Shown: one piece after another, positions 10,882 to 20,829 of the stretch | How the letters are laid out: each line of letters opens with the position of its first letter | How positions within the stretch are numbered: position 1 is the first letter of the stretch | DNA from: a bacterium | GTDB lineage: Bacteria > Electryoneota > JAOADG01 | Length of the DNA: 64,000 nt | Direction: 5' to 3' | Assembly (NCBI GenBank): GCA_963681965.1 | Contig: OY820579.1 | Coordinates: 2,912,001 to 2,976,000, forward strand | Position numbers and translations under genes: made by a program | Notes under the pieces: generated by a model | What the model saw: only the letters and a program-made list of their open reading frames with translations | What the model was told of the DNA's origin: nothing | Databases searched by the model: none

Positions 10882-11397
10882 TTAACGACCTCGCTCCAAA
10901 GCCAAAACAAAAGCGGTCGAGAGTTTCATAATATTGCGGTTGGCGTCGGCTAATCGCTTCGATAAAATTCCACCGAAATTGTAGAACAATTTAAATCCGA
11001 ATGCGGGATTTGCATCGCAATAGTGTAACAGATCGTTGCGATTGATCAAACCCATTGTTACCGCGGAAGTGGCACGAACTGTCGCAGTACGTCGCCCGTC
11101 ACCAAATAACGATGTTTCACCGACGGCGATGTGTTGATCGGCGCGAAGTCGAGCCAACGATTTATTGCGTTCGTCGTCGGCACTCTTATTTTCTGAAAGC
11201 ATAAGTCGTTGGGTAATTTCGATCTCACCAGCTAACAAAATAAAAATATCGGTACCTAATTCATCTTCGGCAATAATTATATCTCCTGCGGAATACTCTT
11301 TTACGACAATTATTGAGCGCAACATTTCAAGATCTTTGGTCGACACTGCGTGAAAGAGCGTAAATTTCGAAAGAAAATCGAGATTTATCGTCAACAT
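10882..11397 (-). CDS. Stand-alone cyclic nucleotide-binding domain protein
   Basis: GDIIIAEDE...IFILLAGEIEI...VGETSLFGDGRRTATVRA; no HTH domain. Confidence 0.85.
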   Translation of the reverse strand: MLTINLDFLSKFTLFHAVSTKDLEMLRSIIVVKEYSAGDIIIAEDELGTDIFILLAGEIEITQRLMLSENKSADDERNKSLARLRADQHIAVGETSLFGDGRRTATVRATSAVTMGLINRNDLLHYCDANPAFGFKLFYNFGGILSKRLADANRNIMKLSTAFVLALERGR

Positions 11398-11400
11398 CTT

Positions 11401-12642
11401 TTATGCTCCTTTACTGGATCGACCGGGTAGGGCAACTGCAATATCATGTTGCCGCAAGACCGTATCATCGGCGGGATTGAGCCGAACTTGTTCTTGTTCT
11501 AATTCGGTCGGAGTGAGTCCCGCTTCGATAAATTTACGCCGAATGAACTCGTCGATCGAAGCCGAATCGTGCGATAAAATATCGACTGCCGAGAGAATCG
11601 ACGTTTCCTGAATGAGTCCAACAATCATCCCACCAGTATTTCGACGATAGTCGGCAGAAAATTCGCCGAATGTTTTCCCAAACCAACTGGATGAAATCGG
11701 AACCCTGATAAACGAATGCTTGTTATTAGGATTTAATAGTTCATCGTAGACACGCGGAATACCCGGGCTAAGCGTATGAGCAGCCAGAAGAAATCCGGCG
11801 TAAGGTGCGACATTGACAACTTCGTCGACGCCGGCTCGTTTCAAATGATAGATATTTTTTTCTTCCGAAACTTGCGCGTAGATCGTTGCATTCTTATTCA
11901 ACGCGCGGGCAGCTAGTGCCACCATGATTTGACGATCGTCACCCTGTTCATCGCGAGCTAATAGTACGATCGTCGCAGCTTCGGCAACATTGGCACGCTT
12001 CAGGGTCTCTTCCTGGGTATCGTCGCCATGAACAAACGTCATTTTCAAACCGGGATGACGAGCAGTCAGATCTTGCACATCATCGGGATTCAATTGATTG
12101 ATTAATACTACGCGGATTTTTCGATCGGTTGTAAGTTCCAGAGTATTCAACAATTTCTCGGCGATCGAGTTCCAACCACAAATCAGGATATGATCCGTCC
12201 AGAGCACTTTCCTCAACCCCCTTCCTTCCCGTAATCGAAGGACGATGAACACCGACGAAATAGTCGCCGAAAAGACTGCAACTAACGCAATACCACCGAA
12301 CATCAACAATACACCGGCGCCTCGACCCAACCAGGTTTTGGGTACGACATCGCCGTAACCAGTAGTCGTCATCGTTACTACTGCCCACCACAACGCTTCC
12401 GGTAAATCGTGGATTAACGAGCCCGATTCCAACCGTTCAAAGGTTAAGCCTATCCAAGCACCGATAAACGCAAACACAAACATCGCAAACGCGACAACAA
12501 GGATACCATTTCGGTATAATTGATGCCACAATTCGTACAATCGCAACCAATTTGCAAGCGACACTTCGCGGATCCACCGATCAATCCGTTTTCTTCGCAA
12601 TAACCTTGCTTGCGATGTCGATTTATTTTTGTTATTTGCCAT
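11401..12642 (-). CDS. Two-TM potassium channel with RCK/TrkA-N domain (MthK/Kch-like)
   Basis: Selectivity filter WWAVVTMTTTGYGD; Rossmann-type HILICGWN. Confidence 0.9.
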   Translation of the reverse strand: MANNKNKSTSQARLLRRKRIDRWIREVSLANWLRLYELWHQLYRNGILVVAFAMFVFAFIGAWIGLTFERLESGSLIHDLPEALWWAVVTMTTTGYGDVVPKTWLGRGAGVLLMFGGIALVAVFSATISSVFIVLRLREGRGLRKVLWTDHILICGWNSIAEKLLNTLELTTDRKIRVVLINQLNPDDVQDLTARHPGLKMTFVHGDDTQEETLKRANVAEAATIVLLARDEQGDDRQIMVALAARALNKNATIYAQVSEEKNIYHLKRAGVDEVVNVAPYAGFLLAAHTLSPGIPRVYDELLNPNNKHSFIRVPISSSWFGKTFGEFSADYRRNTGGMIVGLIQETSILSAVDILSHDSASIDEFIRRKFIEAGLTPTELEQEQVRLNPADDTVLRQHDIAVALPGRSSKGA

Positions 12643-12661
12643 TATGTATTAAGTATCGTAT

Positions 12662-13030
12662 CTATTCAACTACTTCTTCATCCAATTCTTGCCATGCTGG
12701 ATCGACAACACAATAAAATTGTATCGTCGCATCTCCGCAATTATGCAATGACTGCCATGCGCCTGGTGGGATGTACACAACATCGCCAGTGGTGACATAC
12801 TGTTCTTCATCGTCAATCGTCATCAATCCACTACCGGAAACGATGCAATATATTTCTGCGGAATGGCGCAGTCGATGTTTCTTCGTTACACACCCGGGTT
12901 CGATCTTGGCAAACGCAATGCTTGCTTTCATCGCAAGCGATTCATCGCGCTGCGGGTGTAACAACTCGGTTAATACCGAGTAGTCACCTGCTCGGAAATA
13001 GTCATTGTGTTCGATCGAAACGACTTTCAT
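12662..13030 (-). CDS. Cupin domain protein
   Basis: HRLRHSAEIYCIVSGSG...GDVVYIPPGAWQSL. Confidence 0.85.
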   Translation of the reverse strand: MKVVSIEHNDYFRAGDYSVLTELLHPQRDESLAMKASIAFAKIEPGCVTKKHRLRHSAEIYCIVSGSGLMTIDDEEQYVTTGDVVYIPPGAWQSLHNCGDATIQFYCVVDPAWQELDEEVVE

Positions 13031-13872
13031 TTTGCTTTGACTTTGGCTACCGTGTTCGAACCAAAATTAATCTGAGTTGTAAATCCGTACTCCCAATGAT
13101 CCAGCATTTCATAAGTCGGTGGTCGCTTACCCACTACATACCGAACGAATGCGATTGGTTCGATACCGATCGGGAGTGAACCAGTCTGCATCGGCAACCG
13201 GTATGTGGCACCAGAAGTCAACAATGCATAGGGTTGAATGTCTTTTGCCCAATGCCCTTCACCAGTGGTAACCCAGCTAGTACCGCCTGCCATTGGAACT
13301 GTCCAATCAAGACCGGCATCGGCACGAATCGTCGATGAATCGATCGGTGGCAATTGTCGAATTAACGAGATCGCAGCACTCAATTTTGCCGGAGTAGCTG
13401 TCTTCGATACCGCATACATAAAATCGGTGAATGGAATTTGATGGTCTACGCCAAAGCTATATGTGTAGTTTTGCGCGTGATATTTTTTCAAAGTATCCAT
13501 TCGACTTTCAACACCCGTCTTAAGGAAGATCGATCCGACATATGTTCCTTGAAACATCGATGCTGGTACTGGAAGAGTCATTCCCCAATTCATTCCTAAA
13601 CCTACTGTTCCATTGAGGTGGGAAGCGGGATGATAATCGAAAGCATGGACAACATCGGCGGAAATTCGAATATCGTACCGGCGCACTGAAGCGAACCCGA
13701 CCGATCGACCGAAATTCAATAGCCGAGTTTCCGGTAATTGTAGCGCAACAGCCATCACATTCGGGTTACTCAGCATCATCAGTTCCAAATGCGGGACTTG
13801 AGCATAAGCATAGGTTGGTAAAATTGTCGTAATTGCGATCAATAACATTCCGATTAACAACAACCGCTTCAT
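13027..13872 (-). CDS. Hypothetical exported protein
   Basis: 281-aa ORF with signal peptide and GGAG RBS, coupled to the cupin gene; beta-rich. Confidence 0.7.
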   Translation of the reverse strand: MKRLLLIGMLLIAITTILPTYAYAQVPHLELMMLSNPNVMAVALQLPETRLLNFGRSVGFASVRRYDIRISADVVHAFDYHPASHLNGTVGLGMNWGMTLPVPASMFQGTYVGSIFLKTGVESRMDTLKKYHAQNYTYSFGVDHQIPFTDFMYAVSKTATPAKLSAAISLIRQLPPIDSSTIRADAGLDWTVPMAGGTSWVTTGEGHWAKDIQPYALLTSGATYRLPMQTGSLPIGIEPIAFVRYVVGKRPPTYEMLDHWEYGFTTQINFGSNTVAKVKAK

Positions 13873-13890
13873 TATATCTCCTTAATGATT

Positions 13891-15552
13891 TTAACGTAAC
13901 GTGCGATAAAGGCTTCGGCGTGGACGATCGTATACAGCGCCCACTTCTTTGCGTCTAGTGGCTTCATAGGCTGCGTAGTTCCCTTCGAACCATCGTACTT
14001 TTCCCAACCCTTCGAATGCTAAAATATGGGTACAGATGCGGTCGAGAAAAAATCGATCGTGACTGATCACCATCGCACAGCCATTGAAATCCAGTAACGC
14101 ATTTTCCAATAATCGAAGTGTCGCGATGTCCAGATCATTGGTCGGTTCATCTAATAACAAGAAATTGCCACCGCGTCGAAGCAGTTTTGCCAAGTGCACC
14201 CGGTTGCGTTCGCCGCCAGACAACTTGCCAACCAATTTCTGTTGATCCCGTCCTTTAAAACCGAACCGACCCACATAACTTCTGGCGTTCACTTCGATCG
14301 ATCCAAACATCAATCGGTCGTTATTATCTGCGATTTCTTCGAAAACCGTCTTTTCCGCTTTCAATGCATCGCGCATTTGATCGACATAAGCAATCTGAAC
14401 TGTTTCTCCGAGACGGATCTTGCCTTGGTCAGGTTGTTCCAATCCTGTGATCATTCTGAATAGCGTCGTTTTGCCGACACCATTCGGACCGATCACGCCG
14501 ACAATCGCGCCTCGTGGAAGATTGAGATCGAAGTTATCGATCAGTACCCGATCCCCATACCCTTTTGTGACTTTATCCAATTCCAGTACGACGTTGCCAA
14601 GATGGGGTCCCGGTGCAATCTGGAGGTCATTTGCGGAATCCCGGTACTCAAACGCTTCTTGCGACCGTTTCTCATATTCGAGAACGTGATTCATATTCCA
14701 TTTGCTGCGATCGATCGTCGAAAGCTTGATCCAGGATTGTTCCCGCTTTAACAGCGCTAATTTAGCCGATGATTTTCCATCCTTCGACATTAATTCGATT
14801 TTCTGATCCAGCCATTGGGAATAATTCCCTTCCCACGGGATGCCGTGCGCATTTTCCAGTTCAAGGATCCATGCGGTGATATTATCCAGAAAATAGCGAT
14901 CGTGGGTAATAATTATGACAGTTCCGGCAAATTCGCGGAGTTGTTTCTCAAGCCATGCCACGGTTTCGGCATCCAAATGGTTCGTTGGCTCGTCGAGTAG
15001 CAGCATGTCTGGCTGATCAAGCAGTACTTTACACAATGCGACACGACGCCGTTCACCGCCAGATAATTGTCCGAAGGTCAAATTATAATCAGGAATTACT
15101 AAAGCATCTGCTGCTTTTTCAATGTGTTGATCCAAATTCCAGCCATCTACTGCATCGATTGCATCTTGTAATTCAGACATCTTATTCAACGCTTTTTCCA
15201 TCTCATCGGGGTCCATACTCCCCATCGCTTCCGTAATGGCGTTGTAGTCGTCTAGTAACTTTTTGGTTTGTGCGAATGATTCTTCGATTAACTGTTTTAC
15301 GGTCTTTTCAGGATCTAATTGTGGTTCTTGCGGGACATATCCGACTCGAACTCCCTTCAGTGGCGCCGAATGTCCCAAGAAATTGTCGTCTTGACCCGCC
15401 ATAATCCTTAAAAGAGTTGTCTTACCTGATCCGTTGTCACCCACAACACCGATTTTTGCTCCGGCAAAAAACGCTAAATTGATATTGTCTAGAATTTTAT
15501 CAGTACCGTAAAATTTTTCAAGTCGGTACATTTCATAGACATACGGCGGCAT
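13891..15552 (-). CDS. ettA: ABC-F family ATPase, EttA-like
   Basis: Two ABC domains (GDNGSGKT, LSGGERRRVAL, GPNGVGKT, LSGGERNRVHLA), PWEGNYS, WFEGNY; start ATG 15552 with AAGGAG RBS. Confidence 0.8.
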   Translation of the reverse strand: MPPYVYEMYRLEKFYGTDKILDNINLAFFAGAKIGVVGDNGSGKTTLLRIMAGQDDNFLGHSAPLKGVRVGYVPQEPQLDPEKTVKQLIEESFAQTKKLLDDYNAITEAMGSMDPDEMEKALNKMSELQDAIDAVDGWNLDQHIEKAADALVIPDYNLTFGQLSGGERRRVALCKVLLDQPDMLLLDEPTNHLDAETVAWLEKQLREFAGTVIIITHDRYFLDNITAWILELENAHGIPWEGNYSQWLDQKIELMSKDGKSSAKLALLKREQSWIKLSTIDRSKWNMNHVLEYEKRSQEAFEYRDSANDLQIAPGPHLGNVVLELDKVTKGYGDRVLIDNFDLNLPRGAIVGVIGPNGVGKTTLFRMITGLEQPDQGKIRLGETVQIAYVDQMRDALKAEKTVFEEIADNNDRLMFGSIEVNARSYVGRFGFKGRDQQKLVGKLSGGERNRVHLAKLLRRGGNFLLLDEPTNDLDIATLRLLENALLDFNGCAMVISHDRFFLDRICTHILAFEGLGKVRWFEGNYAAYEATRRKEVGAVYDRPRRSLYRTLR

Positions 15553-15665
15553 TATCACTCCTTGGGTCTTCGAACACCGGAAATATAAGAACTTCTATCG
15601 AAAACATGAAGCCCTTGAGCCTTGTCTCGGAATCTTCTATCTTTTCCTGTCCTAGGAGAATACTT

Positions 15666-16451
15666 GTGAAAATTATCCATGAACCGGTTGTACGCGTTAT
15701 CGCTACGAGTAACTTATCCAGCGAAGGTCTTGACGATTTCTTAACCCTCGAAGCCGGCGAGTGGCAAACAGACGCTACTACCGATTGTGAAAAGTTACCG
15801 GAAATCGCTGGAAGAATCTGTTATATGTCTTTTGGTGCAAAGCAGGGTCGGAAATCGAATCAATCCTACCTTGACAATATTTTGACAAGCGCACACGGAT
15901 CGGTACTGGAACATGCCAATGTCACATTTCTCCTAAGCGGTATCTCCCGATCGTTAACTCACGAACTGGTCCGACATCGGGCGGGTTTTGCCTATTCGCA
16001 GCTTTCGCAACGCTATGTCGATGAATCGGAAACTGACTTCGTAATCCCCGATGCCATTGCAAACGATGCTGAATTGACAAATCTGTTTCAAGAGGCAATC
16101 GAACAGGCACACCAAGCTTATTTGAAGTTAGCGGATCGCTTATCGATTCTCGTCGAAAAAGATTTACCGGAATTATCGAAAACGGATCGACGGAAAATTG
16201 CTCGCCAAGCGGCAAGAAGCGTTCTTCCGAATGCCACCGAAACAAAAATCGTAGTCACTGCGAATTTGCGATCGTGGCGACATTTTGTCGAGTTACGTGG
16301 TTCACCACATGCAGAACCCGAAATTCGAAAGTTAGCAATCAAAGTCCTCGAACACTTACAAATAATTGCCCCCAATGTCTTTCGGGATTATTCGGTCGTG
16401 CCTTGCGAAAATGGTGGTTTTGCCGTAACAGTAATTCATCGCAAGGTTTGA
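15666..16451 (+). CDS. thyX: FAD-dependent thymidylate synthase
   Basis: HGSVLEHA, RHRAGFAYSQLSQRYV, ARSVLPNA, HAEPEIR; likely GTG start 15666 after AGGAG. Confidence 0.95.
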   Translation: MKIIHEPVVRVIATSNLSSEGLDDFLTLEAGEWQTDATTDCEKLPEIAGRICYMSFGAKQGRKSNQSYLDNILTSAHGSVLEHANVTFLLSGISRSLTHELVRHRAGFAYSQLSQRYVDESETDFVIPDAIANDAELTNLFQEAIEQAHQAYLKLADRLSILVEKDLPELSKTDRRKIARQAARSVLPNATETKIVVTANLRSWRHFVELRGSPHAEPEIRKLAIKVLEHLQIIAPNVFRDYSVVPCENGGFAVTVIHRKV

Positions 16452-16452
16452 T

Positions 16453-17406
16453 GTGTCCATCACTGATATTGATTTCGAAACCGCTGTTACTGAACTTCAA
16501 AAAGGGGGATTAGTCGCATTTCCAACCGAGACTGTCTACGGTCTTGGTGCCGATGCCTTCAATCCTGTTGCGGTCGCAAAGATTTTTGAAGCCAAAAATC
16601 GACCACATTTCGACCCGCTAATCGTTCACGTATTTAATCTAGAGATGGCACGATCAGTTGCTTCCGAATTTCCGCCGCTCGCGGAACAATTGGTCAAGAA
16701 ATTCTGGCCCGGACCGTTAACAGTTATTTTGCCGAAACGCGAATTAATTCCCGATATCGTAACTTCAGGTCTATCTACGGTTGGAATCAGAGTCCCGGCA
16801 CATCCCATTGCACTGGAGTTGATAAAGAGATTCGGGCGACCAATCGCAGCACCTTCAGCGAATCCGTTTGGTTCGATTTCACCAACAACCGCCGATCATG
16901 TTCGCACACATTTCGGCGATCGGTTTCCAATCCTTGATGGTGATGCCACTACAGTAGGCATAGAGTCGACAATTATCGATTTCAGTGAAGGTCAACCGGC
17001 GCTGTTACGTCCGGGTGGTTTAAGTTTAGAAAAGATCATTGCAGAAATTGGTAGAGTTAACATTCAAGAACGATCCGATGCACTTCCGAAAGCACCAGGG
17101 CAGCTATCGCGACACTACGCTCCAAAAATTCCACTGATTATATTTCCCTTCGGAACTCTACCGACACCAGTTTCCGGGAAAAAATGTGCGTGCCTCCTCC
17201 CTGCTCCCATGCTAGTATCAGGATTTGAGTACACCGAAGTACTTTCTCAATCCAATGATCTAACTGAAATCGCTGTTAATCTATTCGCTGCACTTCGACG
17301 TCTCGAAAACCTGTCAGTCGACCTCATTGTAGCAGTAGAAACAACTTCTTGCGGTTTAGGACTAGCTATCAACGATCGATTGCGCCGAGCTGCCAGTCCA
17401 AATTGA
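16453..17406 (+). CDS. tsaC: L-threonylcarbamoyladenylate synthase, Sua5 form
   Basis: VAFPTETVYGLGA, KNRP..DPLIVH, FWPGPLT, AAPSAN, APGQLSRHYAP, C-terminal SUA5 domain. Confidence 0.95.
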   Translation: MSITDIDFETAVTELQKGGLVAFPTETVYGLGADAFNPVAVAKIFEAKNRPHFDPLIVHVFNLEMARSVASEFPPLAEQLVKKFWPGPLTVILPKRELIPDIVTSGLSTVGIRVPAHPIALELIKRFGRPIAAPSANPFGSISPTTADHVRTHFGDRFPILDGDATTVGIESTIIDFSEGQPALLRPGGLSLEKIIAEIGRVNIQERSDALPKAPGQLSRHYAPKIPLIIFPFGTLPTPVSGKKCACLLPAPMLVSGFEYTEVLSQSNDLTEIAVNLFAALRRLENLSVDLIVAVETTSCGLGLAINDRLRRAASPN

Positions 17407-17441
17407 TCATTAACTTGAGTTACTTGTTTGATTAATCACAC

Positions 17442-17470
17442 AAACAGCCGTAACTAATGTTACGGCTGTT
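17442..17470. terminator. Hairpin between convergent tsaC and MCP genes
   Basis: AACAGCCGTAAC-loop-GTTACGGCTGTT inverted repeat. Confidence 0.7.
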
Positions 17471-17491
17471 ATTGTACCAATTCAGAACAGA

Positions 17492-20467
17492 CTAGAATTC
17501 TTTTAGATCGTCATCATCTAACGGAACAACATCCTGTGGTCGTTGGAGGCGACCTGTCTTCGGTAGTTCACGCTGCATGGTCCGGCGCCGATCGCTTGCC
17601 GTACTGGCAGAAGCAATGCTCTTGCGATTTATTGTTTCACGACGAGATGAACGGCGTGTTTCCGACAACTCAAACTCGTTCACCATCGCAGTCATTTCTA
17701 TCGCCTGACTGTTCAAAGTCTGGGCTGCACTAGCCGATTCTTCGCTATTGGCGGCATTCTGCTGAGTTAATGCATTCAACTGACCCACCGCGACATTCAC
17801 TTGCTCTATTCCGATCGTCTGTTCTTTGGAAGCAGTCGAAACCGATTCCACAAGTTCATTGATGCGCGATATTTCGCGTACGATCGACTTGAAGTGAACT
17901 GCAACTTCTGCTGTAATTGCAACTCCACTATCGGCTTTCTTGCGGGCCTCTTCGATCAAATCGGAAGTATTTTTTGCTGCCGAAGCAGATCGTTGTGCCA
18001 GATTACGTACTTCTTCTGCTACAACAGCAAATCCCTTCCCGGCTTCACCGGCTCGTGCCGCTTCTACGGCAGCATTCAAGGCGAGCAGGTTCGTTTGGAA
18101 TGCAATTTCGTCGATCGTCTTCACAATCTTAGCCGTTTGATCGGAGGCTTCTTTGATTTTACCAATTTCGACCGACATCTTCTCAAGCGATGAATCGCCG
18201 ATTTCAGCACTTTGTACGGTGCTTTGCGTCAATTGGCGTGCTTGATCGGCATTGGACGAGTTTTGCTTCGTCATCGCCGACATTTCTTCCAATGTCGCTG
18301 AGATCTCTTCCAATGAAGATGCCTGCTCAGAAGCAACCTGAGCTAGATTTTGACTGCTGGAACCGATTTGAGTAGCGGCATCGGAAACGGAATCGGAAGT
18401 CATCGATACTCGCTGAAGACTCTCATCAAGATTGGATACCGCCGTATTCATTGCATCCTTGATCCGAGCGAGATCGCCTTGGTAATTCCCATTCATTCTT
18501 GATGATAGGTCTCGATTGGCAACTCGCTCCAATGTTGCAGCCGCTTCGTTGATCGGTCCAATAACTGCATCTAAAGTGTCGTTTACCCCTTGAACAATGC
18601 GCTTGAAATCACCCCAATGCTTGGAAGCATCGGCACGGGTCGCCAATCTTCCCTCAACTGCAGCTTTAGCCAACATGTTGGCATCGGCAACCAGTAAATT
18701 CACAGCATCGATACAACGGTTCAAATTGTTCTTAATCACATTGAAATCGCCATTGTAATTGTCGATAATTTTACTTGGAATATCGCCTTTGGAGATTTTA
18801 TCGACATAGTCGGCAGCGACATTCAATGGACCAATTACCGAATCCAGTGTATCGTTAACACCTTGAACGATGCGCTTGAAGTCACCTTGATGTTTGTTAG
18901 CATCGGCACGAGTGGCAAGCTTTCCATCGACAGCAGCTTTAGCTAACATATTCGCATCGGTGACAAGTAGATTCACGGCATCGATACATTGATTCAGATT
19001 ATTCTTAATGATATTGAAATCGCCTTTATACTGATCGACGATCTTGGCGGGAATGTTACCTTTGGAAATATTGTCAACATATTCAGCAGCGACATTCAAT
19101 GGATTGATAACTGAATCTAAAGTATCGTTCACACCTTCGACAATCTTGCGAAAATCTCCTTGATGGTTCTTTGCTTCGGCACGAGTTGCGAGTTTTCCCT
19201 CGACTGCAGCCTTTGCCAACATATTCGCATCGGCAACAAGACTATTCACGGCTTCGATACATTGATTCAAATTATTCTTAATTACGTTGAAATCGCCGTT
19301 GTAATTGTCCGTAATCTTCGCTGGAATATTCCCTTTAGAAATTTTATCGACATAATCGGCGGCGACATTCAATGGTCCAATAACAGCATCCAGCGTATCA
19401 TTGACTCCCTTGACAACTTCCGAATACCCTCCATTGAATTTGCCAGTATCGCCACGCGAACCAAGTTTTCCAGCGATTGCAGCACTGGATAAGGATCTAG
19501 TTTCGTTTACCAATGCAGTCAAATTCTCTACTAGTTTGTTGAGAACGGGCGCAATCTCGTCGCGATTGCTTTGTGATGGAATTTTAATCGATAAATCTCC
19601 ATCCGAAATGCTTTTTAGTGCACCAATCACGAATTTTTGCAGTTTCTCGGCAAACTCATCCATTGTCTTCGCCATTTGTCCGATTTCATCGGTTCGATCG
19701 AATGCAAGCCTGGTAGATAGTTCGCCACGATTGAATTCATTAAGCATTTCTACCACTCGCTTGAGTGGTATAGTAATGTTTCGAGATAGATAAATCCCAA
19801 TGATCAAAGCTAGTATTGCATCGAGAATAACTAAGATCCAAGTATTTCTCGCGCCGTTCTCAGAGACTGCATCGGCGCTGTGGTCGGCTTCGGCAGCTTG
19901 TTTAACATTAATGGCGAGAATCTCTTTACAAAGCGGTATTGCTTCGTTGCGGAATTTGCGAATCCCGGTTCCAACTTCCCAGATCCGAAGGTCAAGGTCG
20001 ACAATCTGTTTCTCATTCTTCTTAGCATCGCCACTTACGAGCCGATCCTTGTCGCGATTCAACGATTGGAAATTCACATCTTGCTTTCGCCATTCTTCTA
20101 CTATTAAAACTAATTGCTTCCATTTAACTGCTTCTTCAGAAGTTTGTTTAAGTGATTCATAAACCGCTCTAGCTGCATCGAAGGACTTCCAACACTCGTC
20201 GGATTGCAAATACTGTGCTTCGCGTTCGGCACCCACCAAGCGGCGAAGTAACAATGCCCGTTCTTTCGTATTCAAATCCAACAAAGCCGATTGCATTTCC
20301 AAAATCGATACAGCACTAGGTAAGAATATTGTAGCAAGTTCGTCTTGTGCCGATTTGGTTGTGTTTTGAACCGACCGGGCGTATAAACCGACAATGATCG
20401 TTATAATCACAACGGCGATAAAACCGGAAATGAGTTTCTTGCCGATAGCGATGTTATCTAGACTCAT
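17492..20467 (-). CDS. Methyl-accepting chemotaxis protein (four-helix-bundle sensor, poly-HAMP)
   Basis: Two TM helices; ~90-aa repeats (VNDTLDxVIxP four times); [37 protein letters not shown]; C-terminal DLKEF pentapeptide. Confidence 0.95.
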   Translation of the reverse strand: MSLDNIAIGKKLISGFIAVVIITIIVGLYARSVQNTTKSAQDELATIFLPSAVSILEMQSALLDLNTKERALLLRRLVGAEREAQYLQSDECWKSFDAARAVYESLKQTSEEAVKWKQLVLIVEEWRKQDVNFQSLNRDKDRLVSGDAKKNEKQIVDLDLRIWEVGTGIRKFRNEAIPLCKEILAINVKQAAEADHSADAVSENGARNTWILVILDAILALIIGIYLSRNITIPLKRVVEMLNEFNRGELSTRLAFDRTDEIGQMAKTMDEFAEKLQKFVIGALKSISDGDLSIKIPSQSNRDEIAPVLNKLVENLTALVNETRSLSSAAIAGKLGSRGDTGKFNGGYSEVVKGVNDTLDAVIGPLNVAADYVDKISKGNIPAKITDNYNGDFNVIKNNLNQCIEAVNSLVADANMLAKAAVEGKLATRAEAKNHQGDFRKIVEGVNDTLDSVINPLNVAAEYVDNISKGNIPAKIVDQYKGDFNIIKNNLNQCIDAVNLLVTDANMLAKAAVDGKLATRADANKHQGDFKRIVQGVNDTLDSVIGPLNVAADYVDKISKGDIPSKIIDNYNGDFNVIKNNLNRCIDAVNLLVADANMLAKAAVEGRLATRADASKHWGDFKRIVQGVNDTLDAVIGPINEAAATLERVANRDLSSRMNGNYQGDLARIKDAMNTAVSNLDESLQRVSMTSDSVSDAATQIGSSSQNLAQVASEQASSLEEISATLEEMSAMTKQNSSNADQARQLTQSTVQSAEIGDSSLEKMSVEIGKIKEASDQTAKIVKTIDEIAFQTNLLALNAAVEAARAGEAGKGFAVVAEEVRNLAQRSASAAKNTSDLIEEARKKADSGVAITAEVAVHFKSIVREISRINELVESVSTASKEQTIGIEQVNVAVGQLNALTQQNAANSEESASAAQTLNSQAIEMTAMVNEFELSETRRSSRRETINRKSIASASTASDRRRTMQRELPKTGRLQRPQDVVPLDDDDLKEF

Positions 20468-20553
20468 TAGATCCCCCCAAGATGACTTTGAAACAGAAAC
20501 TGATTTGAATACCTGTAAAGCGGTGATTAGAAGGTAACATACACACTGATATT

Positions 20554-20580
20554 TTATCGGTAGATAATCGAAGGAAATTA
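20554..20580 (-). promoter_or_regulatory. Candidate sigma-28 (FliA) promoter of the first MCP
   Basis: Minus strand TAAT-N15-ACCGATAA versus consensus TAAA-N15-GCCGATAA, ~90 nt upstream of the MCP start. Confidence 0.5.
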
Positions 20581-20775
20581 ATTCTTTGCCTTAAATTTCT
20601 TAGAGTTAAGAGGGAATAAAATGTTTCACGGTGTATAATCAAGTAGTTACTTTTTAATTAATGCGATAACCTCTCAGAAGTTATTGTTGGTCAGCTAAAA
20701 GCCACAATTATGGATTCTTTATTTTTGATGCATTTCTTGTGTAATATTTTATAAATACATAATTTATACATAAAT

Positions 20776-20808
20776 AAAAAAGCGCATTCACTACAGTGAA
20801 TGCGCTTT
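20776..20808 (-). terminator. Intrinsic terminator after the second MCP
   Basis: AAAGCGCATTCAC-loop-GTGAATGCGCTTT with T-run on the minus strand. Confidence 0.75.
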
Positions 20809-20829
20809 CATAGTTGATAGCGTGAACAA

